Of a stretch of DNA of 64,000 bases, positions 41,756 to 54,290 are shown piece by piece. Origin of the DNA: Microcoleus sp. Its GTDB lineage: Bacteria > Cyanobacteriota > Cyanobacteriia > Cyanobacteriales > Microcoleaceae. The notes under the pieces were generated by a model. The model had not been told where the DNA came from. It made no database searches and saw nothing but the letters and a program-made list of their open reading frames with translations. Positions within the stretch are counted from its first letter, which is position 1. The number at the start of each line of letters is the position of its first letter. Made by a program: the position numbers and the translations under genes. The stretch lies in contig CP181291.1 of the NCBI GenBank assembly GCA_052279835.1, positions 480,001 to 544,000 on the forward strand, read 5' to 3'.

Positions 41756-44666
41756 CTAATTGGGTGGCTGCTGATATTTATTCAACAAAGCCGCAAAACG
41801 TTTGTAATCAAAAGGCTTCCTCAAATACTCCGCAGCCCCCAACTCAAAACCCTGATTTTTGTCGTCCAAAAAAGTCATCATAATTACCGGAATATCAGCC
41901 AAATCAGGGTCTGCTTTCAAAGCAGAAAGTACCGTCCAGCCATCCATGCTCGGCATCATGACGTCCAGAGTAATCGCATCGGGCCGCAACTCCTTAGCTA
42001 ACAGCAGCCCCCCTTCACCGCTAGCGGAGGAATGCACTTGAAAACCCTGTTTGGACAAGCAGCGAGTCATTAAATCCCGTGTGTCTGGATCGTCATCAAT
42101 TACCAGCACTTTAGAATTTGGTTCTAGGGAAATAGCCGCTCGCACTTCATCCATGTTTTCGTCTTCTACTACATCTATTTGTGAATATAAATCAGACTGA
42201 TGTTCTAATTCTCGATCGCCCGCAGCTTCTGTTTCGATTTTAACTACCACCGGCAACCGGATAGTAAAAGTAGAACCGCTTTGAAACTCGCTCTCAACAG
42301 TAATATCACCCCCCATCATCTGGCAAAACTTCTTGCTAATGATTAGCCCCAAACCAGTACCGCCGTACTTGCGAGTAGTAGAGTCATCCGCTTGGGAAAA
42401 AGCCCCGAACAGATTCATCATCTGATCCTCAGTCATACCAATGCCTGTATCCCTGACTTGAAACACGATGGACTGCGGGTGAAACCTAGACTCAACATTG
42501 AGTTTTTCCTCGGAATTTTGACAAGGAAAAACCGCCATTTCTTCCTTCCAAACACTAATCGTAATTTGACCACGATTAGTAAACTTAGCAGCATTACTAG
42601 CCAAATTCAGCAGCGCTTGCCGCACTTTGGCAGAATCAGCCCGCATCGTACCCAGATTGGGCGGGCAATCCACCACCAGAGTATTACTATTTTTCAGCGC
42701 CTGGGGTTTAACGGTAGTTACCACTTCTTCCACCACATTTGACACCAGGAAAGTCTCCAAAAACAGAGTCATCTTTCCCGCCTCAATTTTAGAAATATCC
42801 AGGATGTCGCTAATAATACCTAGCAACTGCTTGCCTGCTATATTAATGCTGGCTAAATCCATCACAAAATCTTCTTCGCCTAGTTCCTGAGCCTCTTCTT
42901 GCAGCAACTCACTATAGCCGAGAATCGCATTTAAAGGTGTTCGCAATTCGTGGGTCATATTTGCCAAAAATGTACTTTTAGCCCGGTTGGCGGCTTCGGC
43001 AGCGTCCTTAGCGATTTCTAATTCCCGGCTACGTTCCTCTAGCTGTTGGCGACGGACTTCTAAGCCGTTGAGCAAACTGCTAATTTGCTGTGCCATTGTA
43101 TTGAGAGTAGAAGATAGCACGCCGATCGCGTCATTAGAAATAATCGGCGATCGAGCCGTCAAATCACCGCTGGCAATCATGGATGCAGTTTTTCGCAGCC
43201 AGCCAATCTTCCTAATCAGTGCCGAAACCGACACCAAGGCAACTATGCCGGCGATCGAACTCAAAATCCAAGCCCCGATCAGCCAACGCTGAGTGCGGCT
43301 CACCACCCCCAAAGTCTGCTGCACTAGCACCGCCATTACTTCGTCAGAAACTCCCCCCTCCACTGAGGCTGATTTAATCGCCAGCACATAGTTTTGCATC
43401 TCCGTAGCACCGATCCACCCGATGCCCACGGCCATCCAAGTTACCAATACCAAGATCGTAAACAGCCCGATCAAAGAAGCGCGAGTTTCCCACGGATATC
43501 TGCTTGGAAATCAGTGCAGCCGCCCAAGGATAATTTTTGAGGAAAGGATCGGGACTCACGGATGCGCCAGAATTCCAAATCTCCTCAATTTGACCATCTA
43601 ACCTCACCTTCCCAATGCGCACTGTTTTCCAGGTATGCTGCGTTTTGGCATCTATTTTCACCATGCCGGAGGGTGCGGCAAACTCAATATTTTTAGCAGC
43701 CTCCCTCACTTTTGTCACTTCTATCGAACCCGCTTTTTCTACTGCTTTTTTCCACAGATAAACGCTCAAATAAGCAGCTTCGATGGGGTCATCTGTCACT
43801 CGATCTTGCCCATATTTTTCTTTATAGGCTTTCACAAATTCACGATTTTCTGGTGTATCGACTGTTTGAAAATAGTTCCAAACTACCAAATGGCCCGCAA
43901 TGTTTTCAGGTCCGATCGCCCGTACTTCTTCCTCTGCTACACTTACCGACATCACCGGCAACTCATCCGCCTTTACTCCCGCTTCCCGCAGCTTTTGGAA
44001 AAAAGCCACGTTGCTATCGCCGTTGAGAGTGTTCAGAATCGCATCGGGTTTTACTGCTAGAATATGGGCGATCGCCTCATCAACATCCCTCGAACCCAGT
44101 GGCAGATAAACTTCCCCCGCCAACACCCCGGAGACTGCCGCCAGTTGAGCTTTCACAATCTGATTTGCCGTGCGGGGAAAAATATAATCCGAACCCAGGA
44201 GAAAAATTTTCCGCTTCGACAGTCCCAGCAAATAATCCACCCCAGGTACAATCTGTTGATTGGGAGCAGCACCAGTGTAGAAAATATGCCGAGACTGTTC
44301 GAGTCCTTCGTACTGTAACGGATAAAACAGCAACCCATTCAGATCCTCGAACACCGGAAGCACCGCTTTGCGACTTGCCGAAGTCCAGCATCCAAATACT
44401 ACGGCCACCCCTTCTTCTAGGAGTAATTGCTTAGCTTTTTGAGCAAAAGTTTGCAAATCGCTTGCGCCATCTTCGATAACTGCTTCCAGTAGGTGTCCGA
44501 GAACTCCTCCGCTGGCATTGATTTCCCCAACAGCTAATAGCGTCGCATCTTTAACTGAAATTCCGCTGACAGACATGGTGCCCGTCAGCGAATGCAACAC
44601 GCCTATTTTTATTGGCTGGCGATCGGCTGCTGCTGCTTTCAAGGGATTACTGCTCCTTGCTCCCAT
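41756..44666 (-). CDS. Hybrid sensor kinase: UrtA/AmiC-type binding domain, 2 TM, HAMP, HisKA, HATPase, REC; split by +1 G at ~43490
   Basis: [61 protein letters not shown]. Confidence 0.85.
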
Positions 44667-44979
44667 AGGGTTTTACATACTTTTTACTAACTTATAAATT
44701 TTAGTTCTATCTTGGGGGAGTTGATCGGAATGCTAACTGTTATTTTGTAAATTGTTTAACCCTACCGCAACAAAAGTTTGCAATTGGTACAGGCTCTCCA
44801 TCTGTAACTAGCTCGTATTTTGCCCCAGGGACGGTCAAGTGTCGATCGCCCTCAAACCTTTGCCGCAATCTCCCTTCAGACAGATGGACATACCCCTTAT
44901 TTCTCTTAGTATTAATCTATGCTTAGATTTCAAGTAAACACATTTAAAATATTTTTGTCAAACAAAAGGGTGAAGGCTA

Positions 44980-45183
44980 ATGAATATTGAAGAAAACGCA
45001 ACCATCACAGACAGCACTAACAAAGTCAGTTTACCCAAATCCAAACAGGAATTACTCGCCGAGCAAAGCGAAAAAGCCCTTGGGCAACAGAAACAAGACA
45101 ATGCTAACACGATGCGTGCTGTGGAACAGTTGAAAGAAGAAATGCAGCACAAAATCGATGAAGAATGTCCTCACCATACATAG
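44980..45183 (+). CDS. Small hypothetical protein
   Basis: 67-aa hydrophilic ORF upstream of csbD. Confidence 0.5.
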   Translation: MNIEENATITDSTNKVSLPKSKQELLAEQSEKALGQQKQDNANTMRAVEQLKEEMQHKIDEECPHHT

Positions 45184-45507
45184 CATGAGGCAGGCAGCAG
45201 GCAGAAGGTGCAAGGAGTGGGTTTATCTTGTCACGAAGTCGAAGCGATCGGCAACCGTGTTAGCAAGCAGGAATAAGCCAGAAGGTGTGGGCAAGAGAGT
45301 ATCTTGCTCGCACCTATTTTTGAGTGCAAAATTTAGAAGGAGAATTGTCAGTGAACTCATCCTCCATCAAATCAATTTTCCCATCCAAAATCAAAAAAAA
45401 ATAGATGGACTTCTTTCTACCTATAGAGGGAGTGCAAATAAGCTCGTCAATCAATATTATTAATTTAAGTAGAAACTGTAAAGCTAAATACAGACAAGGA
45501 GAAACCA

Positions 45508-45696
45508 ATGAGTATTGAAGATAGAGCAAAGGCAACTGCCAAAAACATCGAAGGTGCAGCTCAAGAAACTATTGGCAATGTTACTGGCGATCCCAAGGAT
45601 AAAGCTGAAGGCAAAGCCAAGCAAAAACAAGCTGAAACCAGCCATGCAGTCCAAGACGCAAAAGATGCCGTCAAAGACGTAATAGACAAAGCGTAA
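45508..45696 (+). CDS. csbD: CsbD family stress protein
   Basis: EG.AQE..G.VTGD....AEGKAKQ; AAGGAG RBS. Confidence 0.88.
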   Translation: MSIEDRAKATAKNIEGAAQETIGNVTGDPKDKAEGKAKQKQAETSHAVQDAKDAVKDVIDKA

Positions 45697-45773
45697 CATT
45701 TGGTTTGGTGAAAGGGTCTCAATCTCAGACCCTTTCAACTCTTCAAAATTGTTTTAAATAGGAGGAAAAAAAA

Positions 45774-46217
45774 GTGAGTTTATTTGAGCAAAGTCGCAAA
45801 ATAATTGTTGGACTACTCTTGGTTTTAGTGCTCAGTTTTACCACAGCTTGCACCCCAAGCGTTTCAGCTCAAAAACCGATGAATACACCTGTAGCCATTG
45901 GTGGCAGTCAGGGTAATTACGCGCAGCTAGAACAGGGGAATACCGCAGCAGGTCAAGATTTTGGTCAATGGGTAACAAAGACGGCTAAGGGACTGGTTCA
46001 AGATGCTTATGTGCGCGACAACAACAAGCTGGGAGTTGTGATTACCCCCCAAGTCCGCCCTACAGAAGTCAAGGATTTGGCGAAATCTTTAGCACAAGGT
46101 TTTCACAAGAATTTTCCTAATCAAGATGTAAGTGTTTTGGTGTATGCGCCAGATAAAAAACTGATTTTGACTGCCAAGTATGACCAGCAATCAAATCAAA
46201 TAGAATACAAGTCTTGA
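45774..46217 (+). CDS. Conserved cyanobacterial lipoprotein
   Basis: Signal peptide with TTAC lipobox; AGGAGG RBS. Confidence 0.75.
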   Translation: MSLFEQSRKIIVGLLLVLVLSFTTACTPSVSAQKPMNTPVAIGGSQGNYAQLEQGNTAAGQDFGQWVTKTAKGLVQDAYVRDNNKLGVVITPQVRPTEVKDLAKSLAQGFHKNFPNQDVSVLVYAPDKKLILTAKYDQQSNQIEYKS

Positions 46218-46329
46218 CCGAATTAGTCAGTTACAAATCTCGCCAATCTGTAGTTTAATCTACCGCTAATTATTGGCAAAAAAGTCTCTACGTGAGACAC
46301 AGATGTTGTCTAGATGGGAAAAAAACACG

Positions 46330-46842
46330 ATGAGTACCAGCGATAATTACAAACGTCAAATCATGAGCGATTTGGCAAGTGGCGATCGAGAAATGATGCC
46401 AGAAACATCCGGGGAAGAATACGAAAATTTTGACGATTTTGCTCAGCGAACCTCGCCCCAGCAGCGCAAACAATTATTTGGTAATTCTCTGAATCATGAC
46501 TCCTTGCCACCGGCGCAATTGGAACCGGAATTGCAAAAAGCGATCGCCCAAATTAAACCAAACGAACGGGATGACGTGGCGCGGGAATTTTTCAAGCAAT
46601 TGAGCAAGAGAGGATTGAACGATCGCGCCTTGGAACAACAGCTAGGGCTTTCTACTCACCACGCCAGTCGCATGAATGCTGACGATGTTACCAAATTAGC
46701 CTCGTTTACCTATCACAATCACCCGGATATTTTCCGAGAAGTGTTAGCCGAACAGCCTAGTTTGATGAAGTTTTTAGGAAATCCAGTGGTGGCTGGTATT
46801 TTGGGAATAGTTGCTGCTAAGTGGCTCAACAACCGCAAATAG
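46330..46842 (+). CDS. Hypothetical protein
   Basis: ORF in the same cluster as csbD; hydrophobic C-terminal helix. Confidence 0.7.
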   Translation: MSTSDNYKRQIMSDLASGDREMMPETSGEEYENFDDFAQRTSPQQRKQLFGNSLNHDSLPPAQLEPELQKAIAQIKPNERDDVAREFFKQLSKRGLNDRALEQQLGLSTHHASRMNADDVTKLASFTYHNHPDIFREVLAEQPSLMKFLGNPVVAGILGIVAAKWLNNRK

Positions 46843-46982
46843 TCTGGTTTTCAGACAAGCCTAAAAGTTAAAGCCAGTAAAGGGCGATCGTCAGTGCGAT
46901 CGCCCTTTAATATTTTATACCAAAATCACCAAATTCTACCCCTTAATTCGTGTTACTAAAAGCAATTATTTTGGCCGAAGAT

Positions 46983-47073
46983 GCCCAAGTCCCAATCCCC
47001 AATTCCCGATGCCCAATTCCCAATCCCCAATGCCCAATTCCCGATGCCCCCTGCCCAATTCCCAATTCGCAAT
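46983..47073. repeat. Heptamer STRR-type repeat (CCCAAT(T/C/G) / CCCGATG)n
   Basis: Seen directly. Confidence 0.85.
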
Positions 47074-47111
47074 GTAGGATTAAGTCTTGCCGTGAATTAG
47101 CAAAAAAAAAG

Positions 47112-47894
47112 ATGAAGATATCCTCTATTTGGCGAAAACTCCGCCACCAGCAAGCCCTGGGCTTTAGTGTACTGTTAGCAGTTTGCCTCGTATTCATCGG
47201 TTGTTCCCCCGCCCAGTCAGCCGGTGGTAATCCAGTCGATCCCAAATTAAAAGAGCAAGTCTTGCAAATCATCCGCGAAAACCCGCAAGCAATTTTGGAA
47301 TCGGTACAAGCATATCAGCAACAACAGCAAGAGACTCTGAAAGCAGCGCAGCAGTCATTTTTGCAGGAGATGAAAACTAATCCTAAATCTGCCATCGGCG
47401 ATTCTCCCAGTACCGGTGCTGCTTCGCAACAGATTGTACTGTTAGAATTTTCCGATTTTCAATGTCCGTTTTGCGCCCGCGCTCACGATACTGTCAAGCA
47501 GTTTATGGCCAAACACCAGGACAAAGTTACTTTAGCCTACAAACATTTTCCCTTGACTTCCATTCACCCTCAAGCCCTACCCGCAGCCAAAGCAGCCTGG
47601 GCTGCCCAACAGCAGGGTAAATTCTGGGAATATTACAATGCTTTGTTTGAGGGACAAAAACAGTTAGGTGAGGAATTGTACGGATCTATCGCCCAAAAAC
47701 TCAATCTCAAATTAGATAAATTCAACAGCGATCGCAACAGTCCCGCCGCCGAAGCCGCCATTGGGAAAGACGTGCAACTGGCTCAAAAGTTGGGTATAGA
47801 AGGCACTCCCTTCTTTATTATGAACGGCAAAACCTTCTCAGGGGCGATCGAGCTTGCTGAAATGGAAAGCATTCTCGCTAGTCTCTCAAAATAA
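47112..47894 (+). CDS. DsbA-family thiol-disulfide oxidoreductase
   Basis: EFSDFQCPFC, GIEGTP; FIGC lipobox-like signal. Confidence 0.9.
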   Translation: MKISSIWRKLRHQQALGFSVLLAVCLVFIGCSPAQSAGGNPVDPKLKEQVLQIIRENPQAILESVQAYQQQQQETLKAAQQSFLQEMKTNPKSAIGDSPSTGAASQQIVLLEFSDFQCPFCARAHDTVKQFMAKHQDKVTLAYKHFPLTSIHPQALPAAKAAWAAQQQGKFWEYYNALFEGQKQLGEELYGSIAQKLNLKLDKFNSDRNSPAAEAAIGKDVQLAQKLGIEGTPFFIMNGKTFSGAIELAEMESILASLSK

Positions 47895-48393
47895 GTCCGT
47901 AACGGCAGAAAAAACTAAATTTCCACAGCCCCGACTTCTTTAAGAAGTCGGAGCTCGATCGCAAAACAAGCTTGAAAACCCCGTCCTTTAAGGACGGCTT
48001 TTTTTGTTCCTTAATGTTTGGTTACACACACCAACTGCAACAGTAAGTCTGTAACTGAGAAAGGCGATATTTTGAGTTTCACTTAATTGAGAACCAGTAT
48101 CGCCACATAATTTTACGTTTGATTAAGTAGATTAACTTATTGTAAAAATTGACTGCTGGCGTAAGTCATGTATATTTACTGACCGTTTTATAAAATAGGG
48201 AACAAATTCCATATAAGTATTGTCTTAGGGGAGTTATAAGTTGCTAATAATTGAAGAAGTTTTGCCTGTTAACAGCTATATAAAACCTAGCAAGTAAATT
48301 CAAATAAGTATTATTTTTAAATATTTATATGAAAATAACAGGCAAGACAATCGTCACTTTTAATATCGAAAGACCTGGCATCTACGAGGAGAA

Positions 48394-51300
48394 TTGATCG
48401 TGGAAAAAATTACGCAGATAGTATTCATCGATCCAAGCGTTGAAGATTACCAAAGCCTTGCACAAAGCACAGAACCAAAGACAGAAACATTGATACTCGA
48501 TCGCACAGGCGATGGAGTCGAGCAAATTACCCAGTTACTAGCCAACTACACCAATATTTCCGCCGTTCACATCATTTCTCACGGCGGGCCAGGAAGTTTA
48601 CAACTGGGAGCAATGGAGCTAAATTCCGATAACCTAGACACCTACGGCGATCGGTTTGAGCAGTGGAAAAAAGCCCTAACTCCCAACGCCGATCTTCTCC
48701 TCTACGGTTGTAACGTGGCTGCACAAATCGCCCAACCCATAGGCGAAGTCTCATTTTTGCAACGCCTCAATCAACTCACAGGTGCAGACATCGCCGCGTC
48801 TAAAACTCTCACAGGGAGTGCTCAATTAGGTGGTAACTGGGATTTAGAAGTCACAATTGGTTCCATTGACACAGATTTAGCATTCAGCCAAGAGGCGATC
48901 GCAAATTACAGCCACGTTTTAGCTACTTTCGGAGTCACCAACACCAACGACTCCGGCCCAAACTCGCTGCGAGATGCCATTGCCCAAGCCAATGCTACAC
49001 CTGGGGCAGATATTATTGACCTAACTGGCATTACTGGGACGATCGCCCTTGCTAGCGCGCTGCCAATTATTAATGAAAGCCTCAGTCTAAACGGCCCTGG
49101 GGTGGCCAACCTGACAGTCAGCGGTAACAGCCTATTCCAGATCCTCAGCACTAATAACGGCCCTGTTAGCATTTCTAACCTCACCTTTGCTAACGCTAAT
49201 ACCGCTGGCGGTGGCGGTGCGATTAATAACGCCTCCGGCGTTACCCTGAACCTCACCAACGTTAACTTTTCCAGCAACACGGCGGGACTCGGCGGTGCTC
49301 TTTTCAACCAGGGTGGCACAGTCACGATCGCTGGTTCCAAGTTTACTGCCAATACAGTCAACGGTTTCGGCGGCGGCGCGATCCGGCAGGGTGGCGGTAT
49401 TTTAAGTATTTTTGACAGCACTTTCACCGAAAACACAGCAAATGCGGCGAGTCAAGGCGGCGGTGCGATTTTGATCGATGGCGGTGCGGTAAACATTACT
49501 GGCAGCACCTTTGCGGGCAATAGTGCACAAAATACCGACGGTGGCGGTGCTATTTATCACAGAGGCGGAACCGAACTACTGAGCATTGTCAACAGCACTT
49601 TCACTAACAATATTTCAGTGGCTGACGGCGGTGCAATCAGGAACGATACCCAGCCATTGAGTGTTACCAGCAGCACCTTTAACGACAATCGAGCTACACA
49701 AAATGCAGGTGCGATCAGGAACGACGGTACGGCAACCATTACTAACAGTACGTTTTCTGCCAACACCGCAGCCAACTTTGGCGCAATCAGGAATGGTGGT
49801 ACTCTGAATCTCAGCAGCAGCACTCTGACTCTCAATACTGCCACGAATCAAGGCGGCGGTATTTTCAACACTAATGTGGCAAATGTCCGCAACACCATCA
49901 TTGCTGGCAACACGGCCCCTTTAAACCCCGATGTAGACGGTACATTTACCAGTCAGGGCAATAACTTAATTGGAAATAGTGGTGCTGGTACTGGCTTCAC
50001 GAATGGTGTTAATGGCGACCAAGTAGGCACTGCTGGCACTCCCATTAATCCGAATCTCGGAACACTGGCAAATAACGGTGGCCCCACGCAAACTCACGCA
50101 CCGAATCTAGGTAGTCTCGCGATCGACAGGGGCAATAGCGCGATCGCACTTACCACGGATCAGCGTAACTTAACCAGGCTTTCTGGTAGCAATGTTGACA
50201 TCGGCGCTGTGGAACTACAGCAGACTGTTAGCATCACCGCACTAGATAATTCCGCCTCGGAAACTCCTATTGATACAGGCACTTTCCGCATCAGCCGCAG
50301 TGATAGCACAGTCGGTAATTTGACGGTGAATCTTGCCATTGATGCCAGCAGCACCGCCATTGCCGCTGACTACAATCTGAGTAGTACCTTTCCCGTCACT
50401 ATTCCCAACGGGCAAAGCTTTGTGGATGTGACTCTCACCCCGGTGGATGACGCAATACCGGAGTTGGCAGAGACGCTGCGACTGAATTTGCTAAATGGGA
50501 ATTATACGATCGCACCAGCCAGCAGCAATGCTACGGTGACAATTACAGCCAATGACTCGATTGCTTATGCGATCGCACTCACAAATCCAGCCACCGGTTC
50601 CTTAATAGAAGGCAACTCCGGCACTAAACCCGTCACCTTCACCGTCACCCGCAGCGGTGGTACAGGGGTAGCGAGTACAGTAAATTACGCGATCGCAGGA
50701 ACCGCAACCAACGGCGCAGACTACAATAATATCAATGCTGCGGGGGCTAATAGCGCCACAGGGGCGATCGCCTTTGCCGCCAACGAAACTACTAAAACCA
50801 TCTCTGTTGATGTCTTGGGAGAAACCCTAGTTGAACCTGACGAGACAATTACCGTCACCCTGAGCAACCCGAATTTGACCGCAGCCCCGGAAAGTTCTAC
50901 CATCACCGCCAACACTGCCACTGCTACCATCACCAATGACGATACCCCCCTTATTTCTATCAATAATGTAGTTGTCACTGAGGGAAATACGGGTACTGTT
51001 AACGCCACCTTTACTGCCTCCCTTTCAGCAGTTTCTAACTTGCCTGTCACCGTCAATTATGCTACTGCCGACGGCACTGCCACTACCGCCGATAGCGATT
51101 ACGTAGCAACCACAGGAAGTATCAGCTTTGCCGCCGGAGAAACCACCAAAACAATTACTGTTCCTGTCAATGGTGATGGGAAATTAGAAACTAACGAAAC
51201 ATTCAACGTCAATCTCAGCAATCCTGTCAATGGCACGATAGGCACTGCAATTGGTATTGGGACTATTACTAATGATGATGTTCCATCTTCTGCCAGTAGC

Positions 51301-54066
51301 ATCAGTATTAATAATGTCACCGTAACAGAAGGCAACAGTGGCACTACAAATGCTGTCTTTACTGTCAGCTTAAATAATCCCAGTCCCCAAACCGTCACCG
51401 TCAATTATGCTACTGCCGACGGCACTGCTACTACCGCCGATAGCGATTACGTAGCAACCACAGGAAGTATCAGCTTTGCCGCCGGAGAAACCACCAAAAC
51501 AATTACTGTTCCTGTCAATGGTGATGGGAAATTAGAAACTAACGAAACATTCAACGTCAATCTCAGCAATCCTGTCAATGGCACGATAGGCACTGCAATT
51601 GGTATTGGGACTATTACTAATGATGATGTTCCATCTTCGAGTAGCATCAGTATTAATAATGTCACCGTAACAGAAGGCAACAGTGGCACTACAAATGCTG
51701 TCTTTACTGTCAGCTTAAATAATCCCAGTCCCCAAACCGTCACCGTCAATTATGCTACTGCCGACGGCACTGCTACTACCGCCGATAGCGATTACGTAGC
51801 AACGACAGGAAGTGTCAGTTTTGCCGCCGGAGAAACCACGAAAACAATTACTGTTCCTGTCAATGGTGATGGGAAGTTGGAAACTGACGAAACATTCAAT
51901 GTCAATCTCAGCAATCCTGTCAATGGGACTATAGGCACTGCCACTGGCCTTGGGACTATTACTAATGATGATGTTTCATCTTCGAGTAGCATCAGTATTA
52001 ATAATGTCACGGTAACAGAAGGCAACAGTGGCACTACAAATGCTGTCTTTACTGTCAGCTTAAATAATCCCAGTCCCCAAACCGTCACCGTCAATTATGC
52101 TACTGCCGACGGCACTGCCACTACCGCCGATAGCGATTACGTAGCAACGACAGGAAGTGTCAGTTTTGCCGCCGGAGAAACCACGAAAACAATTACTGTT
52201 CCTGTCAATGGTGATGGGAAGTTGGAAACTGACGAAACATTCAACGTCAATCTCAGCAATCCTGTCAATGGCACTATCGCCACAGCCACTGGCCTTGGGA
52301 CTATTACTAATGATGATGTTTCATCTTCGAGTAGCATCAGTATTAATAATGTCACGGTAACAGAAGGCAACAGTGGCACTACAAATGCTGTCTTTACTGT
52401 CAGCTTAAATAATCCCAGTCCCCAAACCGTCACCGTCAATTATGCTACTGCCGACGGCACTGCTACTACCGCCGATAGCGATTACGTAGCAACGACAGGA
52501 AGTGTCAGTTTTGCCGCCGGAGAAACCACGAAAACAATTACTGTTCCTGTCAATGGTGATGGGAAGTTGGAAACTGACGAAACATTCAATGTCAATCTCA
52601 GCAATCCTGTCAATGGGACTATAGGCACTGCCACTGGCGTTGTGACTATTACTAATGATGACTTGCAGTCACCAACTCCCACTCCAATTCCGACTCCAAC
52701 TCCAACTCCAACTCCAACTCCCACTCCAATTCCGACTCCAATTCCCACTCCAATTCCCACTCCAATTCCCACTCCAACTCCGACTCCAACTCCGACTCCA
52801 ACTCCAATTCCAATTCCAACTCCAACTCCAATTTCAACTCCAATTCCAACTCCAATTCCAATTCCAATTCCGACTCCAACTCCAACTCCGACTCCAACTC
52901 CGACTCCGACTCCAACTCCGACTCCAACTCCGACTCCAACGCCAGAATCTCCAGACGAAGATTGCATTTGCCAGCAAATAACCTTCCCCAGCAAAACTGA
53001 TATTCGTGGCCCGAACCCCATAAATAGCAGCATCAACGATATAGGAAACGAGGATAGCCTTGTGGGCTCGATTGGCAATGACAATATCAACGGCTTAGGT
53101 GGCAACGACTTGCTAATTGGCAACCCTGGGAATGACAATATTTATGGTGGAATTAACAGCGATGTCGGGATTGGCGCGGGCCAAGATGACGACGGGATTT
53201 TTGGGAATGAAGGCGATGATTACCTCAATGGACTCGCTGGGGAAGATGTAATTTTTGCCGGGGAAAACGATGATCTTGTTTACGGTGGTAAAGATGATGA
53301 CATCATGTTTGGAGACAAGGAAAACGATACTTTAATTGGCGATGAGGGTAACGATACTTTATACGGCGGCACTCTTAACTCTTTAGATATCGATTCTACA
53401 GGTCGCGATTTGCTATTTGGCCTCAGTGGCGACGATTATTTGAATGGGCAAGCACTCGCAGATTCCCTTTCTGGCGGCGATGGAAATGATACCGTACATG
53501 GCGGCAAAGGTAATGATTTAGCCTTGGGAGATTTGGGCAGTGATTTGTTGTTTGGCGATGAGGGTAGCGATACTCTCTGTGGCGGGGAGGGAGAGGATAC
53601 TATTTACGGGGATATTGGCAGCCCAGTGCCCGTAGGTTCTGTGGGCGGCCAAGACCAAATATGTGGCGGTGATGGCAATGATTTACTGTTTGGCAATGAA
53701 GGTATGGATACTTTATGCGGGGATGCTGGAAATGATACTCTTAACGGTGGTAAGGATGAAGACAGTTTACTGGGCGGTGCTGGGGACGATTGGCTGTTTG
53801 GAGATGAGGGGAATGATACTTTAATTGGAGGTACTGGGAACGATCGATTTATCTTAGGTATCGACAATGGCCGCGAGACTATTTTAGACTTTCAAAGTGG
53901 CAGGGATGCGATCGGCTTAATTGGCGGTTTAAGTTTTTCGCAATTGAGCATTAATGTAGAAAATAATTTTACCTTAATCCGAGTTACCAGTTCCGGTCAA
54001 CTGTTGGCTACTCTCACCAATGTGTCCACAGGACTGATTAATGCTACGGATTTTGCAATCCTGTAA
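48394..54066 (+). CDS. Giant secreted adhesin-like protein: DUF4347, Pmp-like beta-helix repeats, tandem Calx-beta, PT linker, RTX Ca-binding C-terminus
   Basis: [31 protein letters not shown](I/L) repeats; 345-bp Calx-beta repeats; GGxGxD repeats. Confidence 0.9.
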   Translation: MIVEKITQIVFIDPSVEDYQSLAQSTEPKTETLILDRTGDGVEQITQLLANYTNISAVHIISHGGPGSLQLGAMELNSDNLDTYGDRFEQWKKALTPNADLLLYGCNVAAQIAQPIGEVSFLQRLNQLTGADIAASKTLTGSAQLGGNWDLEVTIGSIDTDLAFSQEAIANYSHVLATFGVTNTNDSGPNSLRDAIAQANATPGADIIDLTGITGTIALASALPIINESLSLNGPGVANLTVSGNSLFQILSTNNGPVSISNLTFANANTAGGGGAINNASGVTLNLTNVNFSSNTAGLGGALFNQGGTVTIAGSKFTANTVNGFGGGAIRQGGGILSIFDSTFTENTANAASQGGGAILIDGGAVNITGSTFAGNSAQNTDGGGAIYHRGGTELLSIVNSTFTNNISVADGGAIRNDTQPLSVTSSTFNDNRATQNAGAIRNDGTATITNSTFSANTAANFGAIRNGGTLNLSSSTLTLNTATNQGGGIFNTNVANVRNTIIAGNTAPLNPDVDGTFTSQGNNLIGNSGAGTGFTNGVNGDQVGTAGTPINPNLGTLANNGGPTQTHAPNLGSLAIDRGNSAIALTTDQRNLTRLSGSNVDIGAVELQQTVSITALDNSASETPIDTGTFRISRSDSTVGNLTVNLAIDASSTAIAADYNLSSTFPVTIPNGQSFVDVTLTPVDDAIPELAETLRLNLLNGNYTIAPASSNATVTITANDSIAYAIALTNPATGSLIEGNSGTKPVTFTVTRSGGTGVASTVNYAIAGTATNGADYNNINAAGANSATGAIAFAANETTKTISVDVLGETLVEPDETITVTLSNPNLTAAPESSTITANTATATITNDDTPLISINNVVVTEGNTGTVNATFTASLSAVSNLPVTVNYATADGTATTADSDYVATTGSISFAAGETTKTITVPVNGDGKLETNETFNVNLSNPVNGTIGTAIGIGTITNDDVPSSASSISINNVTVTEGNSGTTNAVFTVSLNNPSPQTVTVNYATADGTATTADSDYVATTGSISFAAGETTKTITVPVNGDGKLETNETFNVNLSNPVNGTIGTAIGIGTITNDDVPSSSSISINNVTVTEGNSGTTNAVFTVSLNNPSPQTVTVNYATADGTATTADSDYVATTGSVSFAAGETTKTITVPVNGDGKLETDETFNVNLSNPVNGTIGTATGLGTITNDDVSSSSSISINNVTVTEGNSGTTNAVFTVSLNNPSPQTVTVNYATADGTATTADSDYVATTGSVSFAAGETTKTITVPVNGDGKLETDETFNVNLSNPVNGTIATATGLGTITNDDVSSSSSISINNVTVTEGNSGTTNAVFTVSLNNPSPQTVTVNYATADGTATTADSDYVATTGSVSFAAGETTKTITVPVNGDGKLETDETFNVNLSNPVNGTIGTATGVVTITNDDLQSPTPTPIPTPTPTPTPTPTPIPTPIPTPIPTPIPTPTPTPTPTPTPIPIPTPTPISTPIPTPIPIPIPTPTPTPTPTPTPTPTPTPTPTPTPESPDEDCICQQITFPSKTDIRGPNPINSSINDIGNEDSLVGSIGNDNINGLGGNDLLIGNPGNDNIYGGINSDVGIGAGQDDDGIFGNEGDDYLNGLAGEDVIFAGENDDLVYGGKDDDIMFGDKENDTLIGDEGNDTLYGGTLNSLDIDSTGRDLLFGLSGDDYLNGQALADSLSGGDGNDTVHGGKGNDLALGDLGSDLLFGDEGSDTLCGGEGEDTIYGDIGSPVPVGSVGGQDQICGGDGNDLLFGNEGMDTLCGDAGNDTLNGGKDEDSLLGGAGDDWLFGDEGNDTLIGGTGNDRFILGIDNGRETILDFQSGRDAIGLIGGLSFSQLSINVENNFTLIRVTSSGQLLATLTNVSTGLINATDFAIL

Positions 54067-54290
54067 GTAGTTGAATCAAGGGATCTCCATTTCGGTTGTA
54101 TCGGAATTATTAAACCACAGAGGACACAGAGGACACAGAGGACACAGAGGACACAGAGAAAGAGAGGAGAGAAATAATAATTCCGATGTCAACGGTTTTG
54201 ATATGAGTCAATCGATTTTCGATTTTATATTTGATATGATTTCCGGTCGATTGCTCTCGTTAATTTTCCGCTATATCCCACTCAATAATC

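Noticed and set aside
47929..48006. IS200/IS605 element
   Set aside because: Only short palindromes (CCCGACTTCTTTAAGAAGTCGG, CCGTCCTTTAAGGACGG); no tnpA or tnpB
48906..53867. Antisense and alternate-frame ORFs (poly-GV, poly-ELES, poly-QL)
   Set aside because: Shadows of the repetitive adhesin gene
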